Part shown: in pieces, positions 31,270 through 40,755 of the stretch
How positions within the stretch are numbered: the first letter of the stretch is position 1
How the letters are laid out: each line of letters opens with the position of its first letter
Origin: Propionivibrio sp.
GTDB lineage: Bacteria; Pseudomonadota; Gammaproteobacteria; Burkholderiales; Rhodocyclaceae
Direction of reading: 5' to 3'
Length of the DNA stretch: 64,000 nt
Assembly: GCA_029975435.1 (NCBI GenBank)
Contig: JARKPC010000171.1
Location: 7,647 to 71,646, forward strand
The notes under the pieces: generated by a model
The model's database searches: none
Told to the model about the DNA's origin: nothing
Seen by the model: the letters and a program-made list of their open reading frames with translations, nothing else
Made by a program: the position numbers and the translations under genes

Positions 31270-32000
31270 TCCCGGGGCCAGTTCCAACCGAGTTGTTCGA
31301 TAACGCTGATAAAGTCCTCGGCCAAGGGCGCGCGCAGCGTCAGGGGTTCGCCGCTCAGTGGATGGGTCAGGCGAATTTCCGTGCAGGCCAGCAATAGCCG
31401 GTGGCAGCCGAACAACTCCTGGAAAAGCCGGTTGTGACGACCCTTGCCGTAGGTGGCGTCGCCAATGATGGGGTGGGCGATGTGCTTGAGATGGCGGCGT
31501 ATCTGATGTCGGCGGCCGGTTTGCGGCGCGAGTTCGAGGAGGGAGTAGCGGCTGGTCGGATAGCGGTCGACGGCATGCGGCAGTTCGGCGATGGCCAGAC
31601 AGCGATAGCGGGTGATGGCATCCTGCGCTGCGTCAGTCGCGTTGGCGGGTCGGAACTCGTATTCATCGAACTGGCGGCTCAATGGATGGTCGATGACGCC
31701 CGTTTCGTCGGTGTGCCCGCGCACGATGGCGACATAGGTTTTCTCGACTCGCTGGCTCTCGAATTGCGCGGCGACGCTTCGGCAGACGTCCCGGTCGAGC
31801 GCGAACAGCAGCACGCCGGAGGTGCCGCGATCGAGGCGATGTACGGGATGTACGTGCTGTCCGATCTGATCGCGCAGGATCTGCACGGCGAAACGTGTCT
31901 CGTGGCGGTCGAGGAAGGTGCGGTGGACCAGCAGTCCCGACGGTTTGTGTACGGCGATCAGGTGTTCGTCGCGATAGACGATAGGGAAGCGTTCCTGCAC
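31260..32000 (-). CDS. truC: tRNA pseudouridine(65) synthase
   Basis: KPSGLLVH, HRLDRGTSG, TGRRHQIRRH, IIGDATYGKGRHN. Confidence 0.85.
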   Translation of the reverse strand: MQERFPIVYRDEHLIAVHKPSGLLVHRTFLDRHETRFAVQILRDQIGQHVHPVHRLDRGTSGVLLFALDRDVCRSVAAQFESQRVEKTYVAIVRGHTDETGVIDHPLSRQFDEYEFRPANATDAAQDAITRYRCLAIAELPHAVDRYPTSRYSLLELAPQTGRRHQIRRHLKHIAHPIIGDATYGKGRHNRLFQELFGCHRLLLACTEIRLTHPLSGEPLTLRAPLAEDFISVIEQLGWNWPRDQL

Positions 32001-32410
32001 TAGCGCGAACCTTTTCCCGCAAAGACCCCGTCGACGTAGTACCAGCGCCTGTCTTCGTGGATAAAGCGGCTGATTTCGTGCAGCCGGAACGCACGGCCGG
32101 CGATCTTGTAGCGCGCAACGAATTCGACGCTGGCGCTGTCCGGCCCGGTGTGTTGGTTGTGCCGTATCTCCAGACCCAGCCAGCGTGTCGCCTCCTCCTG
32201 GGCCAGATCGAGAGATTGTGGCCGCGTACTGGCGTGCCAGGTATCCAGCAGGTAATGCTCCAGTTGCAGCACGTAGGCCGAGTAACGCGAGCGCATCAGC
32301 GCTTCGGCAGTGGGTGCGCTCTCTCCATCATGGTAGAGGCCGCAGCACTCGCCGTAGGTTCTTCCGCTGCCGCAGGGGCAGGCCGGTTCACGGGTTTTGC
32401 TCGACGCCAC
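32000..32410 (-). CDS. ychJ: YchJ family SEC-C motif protein
   Basis: CPCGSGRTYGECC, TAEALMRSRYSAY, VEFVARY, WYYVDG; GTG start estimated. Confidence 0.85.
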   Translation of the reverse strand: MASSKTREPACPCGSGRTYGECCGLYHDGESAPTAEALMRSRYSAYVLQLEHYLLDTWHASTRPQSLDLAQEEATRWLGLEIRHNQHTGPDSASVEFVARYKIAGRAFRLHEISRFIHEDRRWYYVDGVFAGKGSR

Positions 32411-32424
32411 GGCGGTGCAGGGAG

Positions 32425-33144
32425 TCAATCCTCGCGCCAATTCGACGAGAAGCGGGTGCGGACGTTCTTCATGTGCCGATGCATGGCGGCGCGTGCGGCC
32501 TTGGCATCGCCCTGCTTGATGGCTTCCAGGATCTCGCGATGTTCGATGATGGCGCGCTGCCAGACCTGTTCTGAATGAAAGTGTTCTTCCAGGCAGCGGT
32601 AGACAGGTTGCACACGGGGTGTCCACAGCGCCTGGATGGCCAGCAGCAGGGCGCTGTTGCCGGAGGCTTCGGCGAGCGCGAAATGGAATTCGCGGTCATA
32701 GTCGATCCGCTTGACGTCGCCGGCGGAGCAGCAAACCATGTTACCCAGCGCTTCGGAAAGAGCGGTCAGGTGTTCGGGGGAGGCGTTCCTGGCGGCAAGG
32801 GCGGCAATATCCGGTTCGATCAGGTCACGGGCGAACAGGACTTCGAAGGGGCCGGGTGTGGGGACCTCGTTGTTGGTGTTGGCCGGCAGTGCTGCCGCGA
32901 CCTGAATTTCCGGGCGGTTCAGAACGAATACGCCTGACCCGCCCCTTATTTCCACCCGTCCCTCGACCTCGAGGGCGATAAGCGCTTCGCGTACGGTGGG
33001 CCTGCTTACCGTAAGGCGTTCGGCCAGGACGCGCTCGGCAGGCAGCCGTTCGCCCGGCTTGTATTCGCCGGACTCAATCAGGCGGATGATCTGGTCGGCG
33101 ATCTGGCGATATAGACGACGGTTGTCGATGGACTCAATGGGCAT
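32425..33144 (-). CDS. FadR/GntR family regulator (copy 2)
   Basis: RLPAERVLA...VSRPTVREAL wHTH; FCD domain DREFH...EHREI...MHRH. Confidence 0.9.
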   Translation of the reverse strand: MPIESIDNRRLYRQIADQIIRLIESGEYKPGERLPAERVLAERLTVSRPTVREALIALEVEGRVEIRGGSGVFVLNRPEIQVAAALPANTNNEVPTPGPFEVLFARDLIEPDIAALAARNASPEHLTALSEALGNMVCCSAGDVKRIDYDREFHFALAEASGNSALLLAIQALWTPRVQPVYRCLEEHFHSEQVWQRAIIEHREILEAIKQGDAKAARAAMHRHMKNVRTRFSSNWRED

Positions 33145-33173
33145 GGCGTTCCGGGTGAAAGGAAAAGTGCGGT

Positions 33174-33914
33174 TCAGGTTTCCTGCCAATTCGAAACGTA
33201 GCGTTTCCTGGCGTTGTGGATGTGACGGTGCATGGCGGCGCGTGCGGATTTTGCATCGCGGGCCTTGACGGCTTCCAGTATCTCGCGGTGTTCAAGGATT
33301 GCCTGCTGCCAGATGGCTTCGTTGTGGAAGTGATTCTGCAGTTGGACATAGAGAGGCGCGAGACGCATTGCCCATAGGGTTTCCATTACCTGGACCAGTG
33401 CGGCGTTGCCGGTGGCAGCCGCGAGTGAGGAGTGGAACCGATGGTCGAATTCCATGTGCCTGGCGTCGGTTGAGGAGCAGCACACCATGTCGCCAAGAAT
33501 GCGGGACAAGGTGGCGATGATGTCGTCCGATGCATGCCGGGCGGCCAACGCGGCGACTTCCGGTTCGACGGCGTCGCGTGCGTCGAGCAGCTCAATGGGG
33601 CCGACAGCCGGCGAATCACCGGTCGGTTCGTCCAGGGAAGTTGGGATGGTAGGACTATGCTCCTTCTTCTCGCCCCCGGGGGCTCTCTCAAGAACAAAGA
33701 CTCCCGTGCCTCCGCGAATATCCACCCATCCTTCGACTTCAAGTGCGATCAGCGCTTCCCGGACGCTGGGGCGGCTGACCTTGAGTTGTCCGGCCAGGAC
33801 GCGCTCGGCCGGAAGACGCATGCCCGGTTTGTATTCGCCGGACTCGATCAGACCGGAAATCTGATCAGCGATCTGGCGATAGAGCCGACGGGTTTCGATG
33901 GTTTCTATGGGCAT
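33174..33914 (-). CDS. FadR/GntR family regulator (copy 1)
   Basis: RLPAERVLA...VSRPSVREAL; DHRFH...EHREI...MHRH. Confidence 0.9.
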   Translation of the reverse strand: MPIETIETRRLYRQIADQISGLIESGEYKPGMRLPAERVLAGQLKVSRPSVREALIALEVEGWVDIRGGTGVFVLERAPGGEKKEHSPTIPTSLDEPTGDSPAVGPIELLDARDAVEPEVAALAARHASDDIIATLSRILGDMVCCSSTDARHMEFDHRFHSSLAAATGNAALVQVMETLWAMRLAPLYVQLQNHFHNEAIWQQAILEHREILEAVKARDAKSARAAMHRHIHNARKRYVSNWQET

Positions 33915-34033
33915 TTGAGTAGTGAGGTCGCGCGCGCTGCTGTTCAAAGCGTAATTGTCTCAAAAGAAACGCCCAAGTTTCAAAGGTGTACCGCAACATT
34001 TTTCAGCCGGCCAAACAGACTCCGAAAGAACAA

Positions 34034-34519
34034 TCAGTGCCCCGCCATTCCCGAATGCGCCGGCTTGCTCTCGGGCATGCCGGTGTGCGGTTTCCTGACC
34101 GGGGCCTGTAAGTTGACGGTACTGCCGTCGTCGAACGTGAGAGAGATCGGTACGCTGTCGCCCTCCTTGAGCGGCTCCTTGAGGTCGATCAGCATGACGT
34201 GATAACCGCCGGGTTTCAGTTCCGCCTGGCCGCCGGCCTTGACGGCGATGCTGGCTACTGCGCGCATCTTCATCACACCGTTCTCGTTGATGTGGGTGTG
34301 CAACTCCACGGTGCCGGCCGCCGGGCTTTCCGCCTTGATCAGCTGACGATCCGCCTTTCCGGTGTTGCGGATGAGCATGAATCCTCCGGTCGTCTTGATT
34401 CCGGGCGGAACAAGCCGGACATACGGGTCGTGAACCGCAATGGCGGGATCGGCGGCGTGGACGCTGGAAACAATGGATGCGGTGGCGATCAATACAGCGG
34501 CGATTACACGTTTTGTCAT
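34034..34519 (-). CDS. Periplasmic copper chaperone PCu(A)C
   Basis: Signal peptide; ELHTH...MKM...PGGYHVML copper motif. Confidence 0.9.
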   Translation of the reverse strand: MTKRVIAAVLIATASIVSSVHAADPAIAVHDPYVRLVPPGIKTTGGFMLIRNTGKADRQLIKAESPAAGTVELHTHINENGVMKMRAVASIAVKAGGQAELKPGGYHVMLIDLKEPLKEGDSVPISLTFDDGSTVNLQAPVRKPHTGMPESKPAHSGMAGH

Positions 34520-34559
34520 GGATTTCTCGTTGTGGTTTGGCTTCCAGAAAGCGACAGGG

Positions 34560-35195
34560 TCAGGGTTTCTTCGGGCTGCCGAGTTGCCGGCGAATTGCTG
34601 CGGCCAGTTCCTCGGGAGATGATCCGTGCGGCACGATCGCGGCAAGCTTGCCGTCCGGGCCGACGAGGTAAGTGAAGGACGAATGGTCCACCGTGTAGGG
34701 GCGGCCGTCGATGGATTTCTGCTTCATGTAACTCACGCCATAGCGGCGCGCGATTTCCGCCAGTTGCTCCGGCGTACTTGTTGCTCCGACGATGTTCGGG
34801 TGAAAGAAGGGGGCGTAGACCTTGAGTACGTCCATGGTGTCGCGCTCCGGGTCCACGGACACGAAAATCCCCTTGACCCGATCCAGTTCATCTGCAGAGA
34901 GCATGGTGAATGCCTGCCCCATGGCCGCCAATGCGGTCGGGCATACGTCGGGGCAGAAAGTGTAGCCGAAATAGACGAGCACAATCTTGCCCCGGTAGTC
35001 CTCCAGGGACAGTCTGCCGTCAGGTGTGTCCACGATGAAATTTCCGGCTGGCAATTGTCCTCCCGACTGCAGAAGGAGGGGGCCGTGGCCGGCGGCATCC
35101 TTGCCGGGAGTGCCCGGCTCCCAGAAGAAGGCCAGCCAGGCGAGCAGGCCGGCCAGGAACGCCGCAAGAGCGATCCAGTAGGGCTGATGTTTCAT
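34560..35195 (-). CDS. SCO1/SenC family copper chaperone
   Basis: FGYTFCPDVCP, VDPERD, VDHSS. Confidence 0.92.
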   Translation of the reverse strand: MKHQPYWIALAAFLAGLLAWLAFFWEPGTPGKDAAGHGPLLLQSGGQLPAGNFIVDTPDGRLSLEDYRGKIVLVYFGYTFCPDVCPTALAAMGQAFTMLSADELDRVKGIFVSVDPERDTMDVLKVYAPFFHPNIVGATSTPEQLAEIARRYGVSYMKQKSIDGRPYTVDHSSFTYLVGPDGKLAAIVPHGSSPEELAAAIRRQLGSPKKP

Positions 35196-35226
35196 CGGGG
35201 GTGTCCTGTGCTTTCGTATCGTGCTC

Positions 35227-35691
35227 TCAACGTCCGGCGACTTCGAAATGAAATGGCGCAGCGAATCGTTCGTTACTCGTGGTTATTACTACGGTCGCCT
35301 TCCATGTCATGGTACCGGTGACGCATATCGGCAGGGTCACCTGTCCGGAGAATTTTCCGCCATCTCCGGACAGGACTGGTCGATTGTATCCCATGCTCAT
35401 GTCAACGCCATCGAAGTCGATTTCGACTTTCTCTGCTTTCATGCCCGTAATTTCCACTTGGAGCGAGAGTCTTTGCAGCGCGCGGACGGGCCGCGGGGCG
35501 ATCGACAATTTCAACTGCCCACCGCGCGGTAGCGGGATGGTGCAGTCTTCAACCGAGGGGTCGCAGGACGGGCGAGGGAGCAGTATGGCATCCGTGGAAT
35601 GCCATCGGGCCGCAAGCTTGTATCCAACCACTGCGGCACACGCCAGCGCCAGCACGATCACTGTCAGGATCGTCTGGCGGGGGCGCATCAT
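35227..35691 (-). CDS. Hypothetical membrane-anchored protein in the SCO operon
   Basis: N-terminal TM, C..C, MSMG and LPIC motifs; co-oriented with sco. Confidence 0.65.
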   Translation of the reverse strand: MMRPRQTILTVIVLALACAAVVGYKLAARWHSTDAILLPRPSCDPSVEDCTIPLPRGGQLKLSIAPRPVRALQRLSLQVEITGMKAEKVEIDFDGVDMSMGYNRPVLSGDGGKFSGQVTLPICVTGTMTWKATVVITTSNERFAAPFHFEVAGR

Positions 35692-35733
35692 CGGGAAGTA
35701 TGGATATTGACGTCCGCGGGACGTTCGCCAGGG

Positions 35734-36864
35734 CTATTTCAACAGCTTGCCGTTGTTGCTGATGATGTTGATGTCAGCGAAAGTGGTTCCGGCATGGTTG
35801 CCGGGAGAGTAACTGATCACCAGATCACCCACGTCGTAGTTCTTGATCTGCTCGAGTGCGTCGCGAAGCTTCTTGCGCGTGGCGCCCGGGCCGGCGCGGC
35901 GCAATCCTTCGACCAGGACCTTGGCCCCTACGTACCCTTCGAGCAGTGCGTGGTTGTACAGGACACCTTCCGGCTTGAATTTCGCGAAGTTGTCCTTGAA
36001 TTCCTTTGACAGGGGAACGGCGCGATTGTCCGGATGGGGAACAACCTGGGTGATGGCCACGCCCGCCGCTGTCGGGGCGCCGATAAGGTCGACCAATTGG
36101 GTGGCGTCCGTCGTCGAGATGGAAACGAACTGGGTGCGCAGTCCGGCATCCTTTGCCTTCTTGATGAATGCGGCGCTGGCGGCTGTGTTGGAAACCATGA
36201 TCACCGCGTGCGGAGCGGCGGCGACAATTGTTTTGACCGCATTGGCGACTTCGGTCGTGTTCTTCTCATAGCTGCCCTTGGCCACGATCTTGCTGCCATA
36301 TTTTTCAGCGAGCGCTTCCGCACTGGCCAGGCCATCCTGACCGAATGGGTCGTCCTGATAGAAGACCGCGTAATTCTTGTAACCCGTCGAGCTGTAGAGC
36401 TGGAAAATCTTGTTGATTTCCCCGGAATAACCGGCACGGGTGATGAACATCCACGGGTTGCCGCTCTTGGCCAGAGACGAGGCTCCGGTACGGACCATGA
36501 CCAGCGGGATGCCGTTATCTTCGAGGATCTTTTCCTTCAGTACGGCTTCGATGTTCCCCGTTCCGACATAACCGAACAGTGCGATGGGTTGTGCCTCTTC
36601 GATGAGCGCCTTGGTCTGCTTGACGGTTTCCGGCACCTTGTAGCCATCATCCTTAGTGATCAGCTTGATTTTCTGGCCGTTGATTCCCCCCGATGCATTG
36701 ACAACGTCAAAATAAAGCTGCGCGCCAGCCCGGACGTGGTTGCCGGTTGGTGCGAGCAACCCGGACAAAGGCGCCACCTGCCCGATGACGATGTCGGAGG
36801 CAACGGCGGGGGAAAAGCTCGTAAACGCGGCAATCAATAGACCGGCAATCTTGAGAGGCGACAT
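35734..36864 (-). CDS. ABC substrate-binding protein (PBP1/Liv-like)
   Basis: Signal peptide; IGQVAPLSG, GGINGQKI, DDGY, FYQDDPFG. Confidence 0.88.
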   Translation of the reverse strand: MSPLKIAGLLIAAFTSFSPAVASDIVIGQVAPLSGLLAPTGNHVRAGAQLYFDVVNASGGINGQKIKLITKDDGYKVPETVKQTKALIEEAQPIALFGYVGTGNIEAVLKEKILEDNGIPLVMVRTGASSLAKSGNPWMFITRAGYSGEINKIFQLYSSTGYKNYAVFYQDDPFGQDGLASAEALAEKYGSKIVAKGSYEKNTTEVANAVKTIVAAAPHAVIMVSNTAASAAFIKKAKDAGLRTQFVSISTTDATQLVDLIGAPTAAGVAITQVVPHPDNRAVPLSKEFKDNFAKFKPEGVLYNHALLEGYVGAKVLVEGLRRAGPGATRKKLRDALEQIKNYDVGDLVISYSPGNHAGTTFADINIISNNGKLLK

Positions 36865-37149
36865 CGGGGGTTCTCCCTTAAATTAGTGCAAACGTGCGAC
36901 GGTTCAAAAAATAGTGATGCCCTAACGGCCTAGCGATCTTGACAGGAGCGGCAGCGCATTGATACTAGAAGTAATTGTTTGGTCTTTGTGTCAATTATGT
37001 CACTATTTTGTCTCGGGTTTGCCGGTTCGTTTAATGCGGAAAATGATGGTTTCCCGGATGAGCGGGTTTTCGCGGACGGTACGTCGGTTCCTCTGCGGTC
37101 TTTGCCGGAATGGTGCACTTGAACAATTTTCAGACTTGCCTTGACCTCG

Positions 37150-38127
37150 ATGTTAGAACAATCAGCCGATCATTCGCTTGACTCCCGTCTCCTGCGCGAC
37201 TTCCAGCAGAATTTTCCGATCTGTCCGGCGCCGTTCGCTGAACTGGCCGGCCGCCTGGGCGTTACCGAGAACGTGGTACTACGCATGCTTGAGCAGTTGC
37301 GCCGGGAAGGCAGGATATCCCGGGTTGGCGCCGTGTTCGCGCCCAAGCGCATCGGCGCCAGCACGTTGGCCGCCATGGCCGTTCCGCCCGACAAACTAGA
37401 TGGGGTGGCGCGGGCGGTGAACCGTTTTCCCGAAGTCAACCACAACTATGAACGCGAGCATCGCTACAACCTGTGGTTCGTCGTGACGGCCGGATCGGAA
37501 GGGCGCCTGCAGGCGGCGCTGGGAGCCATCGAACAGGCGGCGGGCTATCCGGTCGTGGCTTTGCCCATGGTCCGCGATTTTCGGGCCGGCGCGGAAGGTG
37601 ATGACGCGCAAGACAATGGAGGCATCGGGCCTGCCGCGACGCGGCAAACTACCATGCTGGACGAAATCGGGCGCCGGTTGGTCATGGCGCTGCAGGAAGG
37701 ATTGCCGCTTTTCATCCGGCCGTTCTCGATACTGGCCAGCCGCGTCGGCTGCGACGAGAGCGAGTTGCTCGAGCGCATCCGGCGCTGGTGCGCCGAAGGC
37801 GCGATCAAGCGCTTCGGCGTTGTCGTCCGTTCTCAGTCCCCCGATGAGGGGGTCAATGCCATGCTGGTTCAGGACGTGCCGGACGAGTCGGTTGCCGGGA
37901 TCGGCACGACAATGGCTCGCGAACCGTCGGTGGCCTTGTGCTACGAACGCTCAAGAGTTTTGCCCGACTGGCCTTACAACCTTTACTGCATTATGCGCGG
38001 ACCGACGCGGGATGAGGTGCAGGCCAGGATAGACGAGATAACCCGGCGTCTGGGCTTGTCCGGCTATACCAGTGAAATCCTCTTTTCCTTGACCCGTTTC
38101 AAGCGCGACGGCGTGCGCTACGCTTGA
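37150..38127 (+). CDS. NirD-NirL fused siroheme decarboxylase-like (Lrp/AsnC fold) protein
   Basis: STLAAM...VNHNYEREHRYNLWFVV, then LQEGLPL..RPF, IKRFG, CYER...WPYNLY. Confidence 0.8.
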   Translation: MLEQSADHSLDSRLLRDFQQNFPICPAPFAELAGRLGVTENVVLRMLEQLRREGRISRVGAVFAPKRIGASTLAAMAVPPDKLDGVARAVNRFPEVNHNYEREHRYNLWFVVTAGSEGRLQAALGAIEQAAGYPVVALPMVRDFRAGAEGDDAQDNGGIGPAATRQTTMLDEIGRRLVMALQEGLPLFIRPFSILASRVGCDESELLERIRRWCAEGAIKRFGVVVRSQSPDEGVNAMLVQDVPDESVAGIGTTMAREPSVALCYERSRVLPDWPYNLYCIMRGPTRDEVQARIDEITRRLGLSGYTSEILFSLTRFKRDGVRYA

Positions 38128-38140
38128 TATTCGGCTTCGC

Positions 38141-40729
38141 TCAACTCGCCTCCTCGGAGACCCGCTTGCCGATGTGCGCCAGCGCTTCCTCGACCTGATC
38201 GACGAGGATCAGACAGAGATCACCGGCTTCCAGATCCGCGAGTGCCGTGTCGATGGCCAGGAACTCCCCGCGGATCTCCTTGACCTCCTTGGCCCGCTTG
38301 GCGTTCTTCAGCCCTTCGTGCAGCAGCGCCAGAACCTCGCCGTCCGCGCGTCCGCGCTGGCACTGGTCCTGGTAGAGCACGACCGTGTCGAAGGCGTCTC
38401 CCAGTATCTCCGTCTGCTCCCGGATGTCCTCGTCGCGTCGGTCCCCGGCGCCGCTGATGACCACCGAGCGGCGTTTGCCTGACTTTTCTGGCATGCCGTC
38501 GATGGCGGTGACCAGCGCCTGGATGGCGTCCGGATTATGGCCGTAGTCGGCGATCAGGGTGGCACCACGGTAGTCGAACAGGTTGAAACGGCCCGGCGCT
38601 GAAGCCACGTCGTTGCGGAAAGCGGCCAGCCCGGCACGGATCACTGCCCAGTCGAGTCCGAGTGCCCAGCCGGCACCCGTGGCGGCCATGGCGTTTTCGA
38701 TCTGGAAGCCGATGGCGCCGTTCGCCGTGACCGGAATGCCCTCAAGGGCGATACGCTCTTCCGAACCACCTTCCATGGCGACGATGTCCCTGCCGTCGAG
38801 GAAAATGATGCGCTTGCCTTGGGCGCGATGCATGGCCATCACCGGATGGTTGCGGTCGCGGGCGAAAAAAATCACCTTGCCGGGGCAGGAATCCCCCATG
38901 CGCGCAACCATCGGGTCGGCTGCGTTGAGTACCGCGTAACCGGTTTCCGGCTTGACGTTCTGCACGATGACGCGCTTGACCACGGACAAGTCCTCGACCG
39001 TGCTGATATAGGAGAGCCCGAGGTGGTCGCCCTTGCCGATGTTGGTGACTACGGCCACGTCGCAGCGGTCGAAACCGAGGCCTTCGCGCAGCACGCCGCC
39101 ACGGGCGGTTTCCAGCACTGCGGCGTCGACGTCGGGGTGCATCAGCACGTTGCGCGCGCTTTTCGGGCCGCTGCAATCGCCGGTGTCGATGCGTTTGCCT
39201 TGAATATAGACGCCGTCCGTGCTGGTCATGCCGACGCGATGTCCATGACTGCCCAGGATACTGGCGATCAGGCGCACGGTGGTGGTCTTGCCGTTGGTGC
39301 CGGCGACGGCGACCAGAGGAATGCGCGCGTCGTCGCCGTCGGCAAACATGTTGGCGACGATCGCTTCGCCTACCGCTCGGCCCTTGCCATAGGACGGTTG
39401 CAGATGCATGCGCAGGCCGGGCGCGGCGTTGAGTTCGACGATTCCGCCGCCTTGTTCTTCCAGCGGGCGGTGAACGTTCTTGCAGACGATGTCGACGCCG
39501 GCGATGTCGAGGCCGACCATCTGGGCGGCCGCGACGGCGCGTGCCGCGAAATCAGGGTGGACGTCGTCGGTCACGTCGGTAGCCGAGCCGCCGGTCGACA
39601 GGTTGGCATTGTTGCGCAGAATGACGCGCTGGCCCTTAGCCGGCACCGATTCCGCATTGAGGCCGTCCTCGGCGAGGCGGGCAAGGGCGATTTCGTCGAA
39701 ACGGATCTTGGTCAGCGATGTCGCGTGGCCGGTCCCCCGGCGCGGGTCCGCATTGACCTGCTCGACCAGTTGGCGGACGGTATGCACGCCGTCGCCAATG
39801 ACCATCGGCGGTTCGCGGCGGGCCGCGGCGACAAGCTTGCTGCCGACTACCAGGAAGCGGTGATCCTGGCCGGTGATGTAACGCTCGACCAGTACGTCGT
39901 CGCTGATCTTGTTGGCCACCGCGTAGGCAGCGAGCACCTGTTCGCGCGTGGTCAGGTTGACGGCCACTCCCTTGCCCTGATTGCCGTCCTGCGGTTTGAC
40001 CACGACGGCGCTGCCGATTTCCTGTGCGGCGACCCAGGCATCCTCGGCGTTGGCGACCGGACGTCCTCTCGGTACGGGCACGCCCGCCGATTGCAGCAGT
40101 TTCTTGGTCAGTTCCTTGTCCTGGGCAATCGATTCGGCTACCGCGCTGGTCATGTCGGTCTCGGCGGCCTGGATTCGGCGCTGCTTGCTGCCCCAGCCGA
40201 ATTGCACGAGGCTGCCCTTGGTCAGGCGGCGGTAAGGAATATTGCGGGCGACTGCGGCATAAACGATCGACCCGGTGCTCGGGCCGAGGCGCACATCTTC
40301 GTCGAGTTCACGCAAGCGATGCAGGGCATCGGCAAGATCGAACGGCTGGTCGTCGAACGCCGCCTGGCATAATGCCTGCCCCAGTTCGAGCGCCAGGCGC
40401 CCGACTTCTTCTTCGCTGTATTCGACGATGACCTGATAGACGCCCGGTTCGACCGTCTGCGCCGTACGGCTGAAAGTCACCGGACAACCGGCCTGGGCCT
40501 GCAGACCGAGCGTGGCGAATTCCAGAATGTGCGCCATCGAATTTGTCTCGCCGTTCAGCGCCGGCTGCAGCAGGGCGATTTCGGGGAAACGCTCGCGCAG
40601 GCGCGTTTCAAAACCGGGAATGCTGTTGATGTCGCGTTCGACTTCACTGCATGAAACGATAGCTTCGACGGCAGTGTGCCGGCTCCACAGGTTGGGGCCG
40701 CGCAGCGCCCGGATGCGTGATACGTCCAT
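38141..40729 (-). CDS. cphA: Cyanophycin synthetase (full length)
   Basis: LRGPNLW, HILE, LGPSTGSI, KPQDGNQGKG ATP-grasp, NANLSTGG, ELNAAPG, GTNGKTT, ETARGG, PGRFN, DYGHN. Confidence 0.93.
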   Translation of the reverse strand: MDVSRIRALRGPNLWSRHTAVEAIVSCSEVERDINSIPGFETRLRERFPEIALLQPALNGETNSMAHILEFATLGLQAQAGCPVTFSRTAQTVEPGVYQVIVEYSEEEVGRLALELGQALCQAAFDDQPFDLADALHRLRELDEDVRLGPSTGSIVYAAVARNIPYRRLTKGSLVQFGWGSKQRRIQAAETDMTSAVAESIAQDKELTKKLLQSAGVPVPRGRPVANAEDAWVAAQEIGSAVVVKPQDGNQGKGVAVNLTTREQVLAAYAVANKISDDVLVERYITGQDHRFLVVGSKLVAAARREPPMVIGDGVHTVRQLVEQVNADPRRGTGHATSLTKIRFDEIALARLAEDGLNAESVPAKGQRVILRNNANLSTGGSATDVTDDVHPDFAARAVAAAQMVGLDIAGVDIVCKNVHRPLEEQGGGIVELNAAPGLRMHLQPSYGKGRAVGEAIVANMFADGDDARIPLVAVAGTNGKTTTVRLIASILGSHGHRVGMTSTDGVYIQGKRIDTGDCSGPKSARNVLMHPDVDAAVLETARGGVLREGLGFDRCDVAVVTNIGKGDHLGLSYISTVEDLSVVKRVIVQNVKPETGYAVLNAADPMVARMGDSCPGKVIFFARDRNHPVMAMHRAQGKRIIFLDGRDIVAMEGGSEERIALEGIPVTANGAIGFQIENAMAATGAGWALGLDWAVIRAGLAAFRNDVASAPGRFNLFDYRGATLIADYGHNPDAIQALVTAIDGMPEKSGKRRSVVISGAGDRRDEDIREQTEILGDAFDTVVLYQDQCQRGRADGEVLALLHEGLKNAKRAKEVKEIRGEFLAIDTALADLEAGDLCLILVDQVEEALAHIGKRVSEEAS

Positions 40730-40755
40730 TGTTCGTGTTCCTTCGCGTTATTGCG

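Noticed and set aside
36905-37010. FNR/DNR box or inverted repeat upstream of nirDL
   Set aside because: TTGAT half-site has no ATCAA partner; the AAAATAGTGA/TCACTATTTT pair is 82 nt apart and may be chance.
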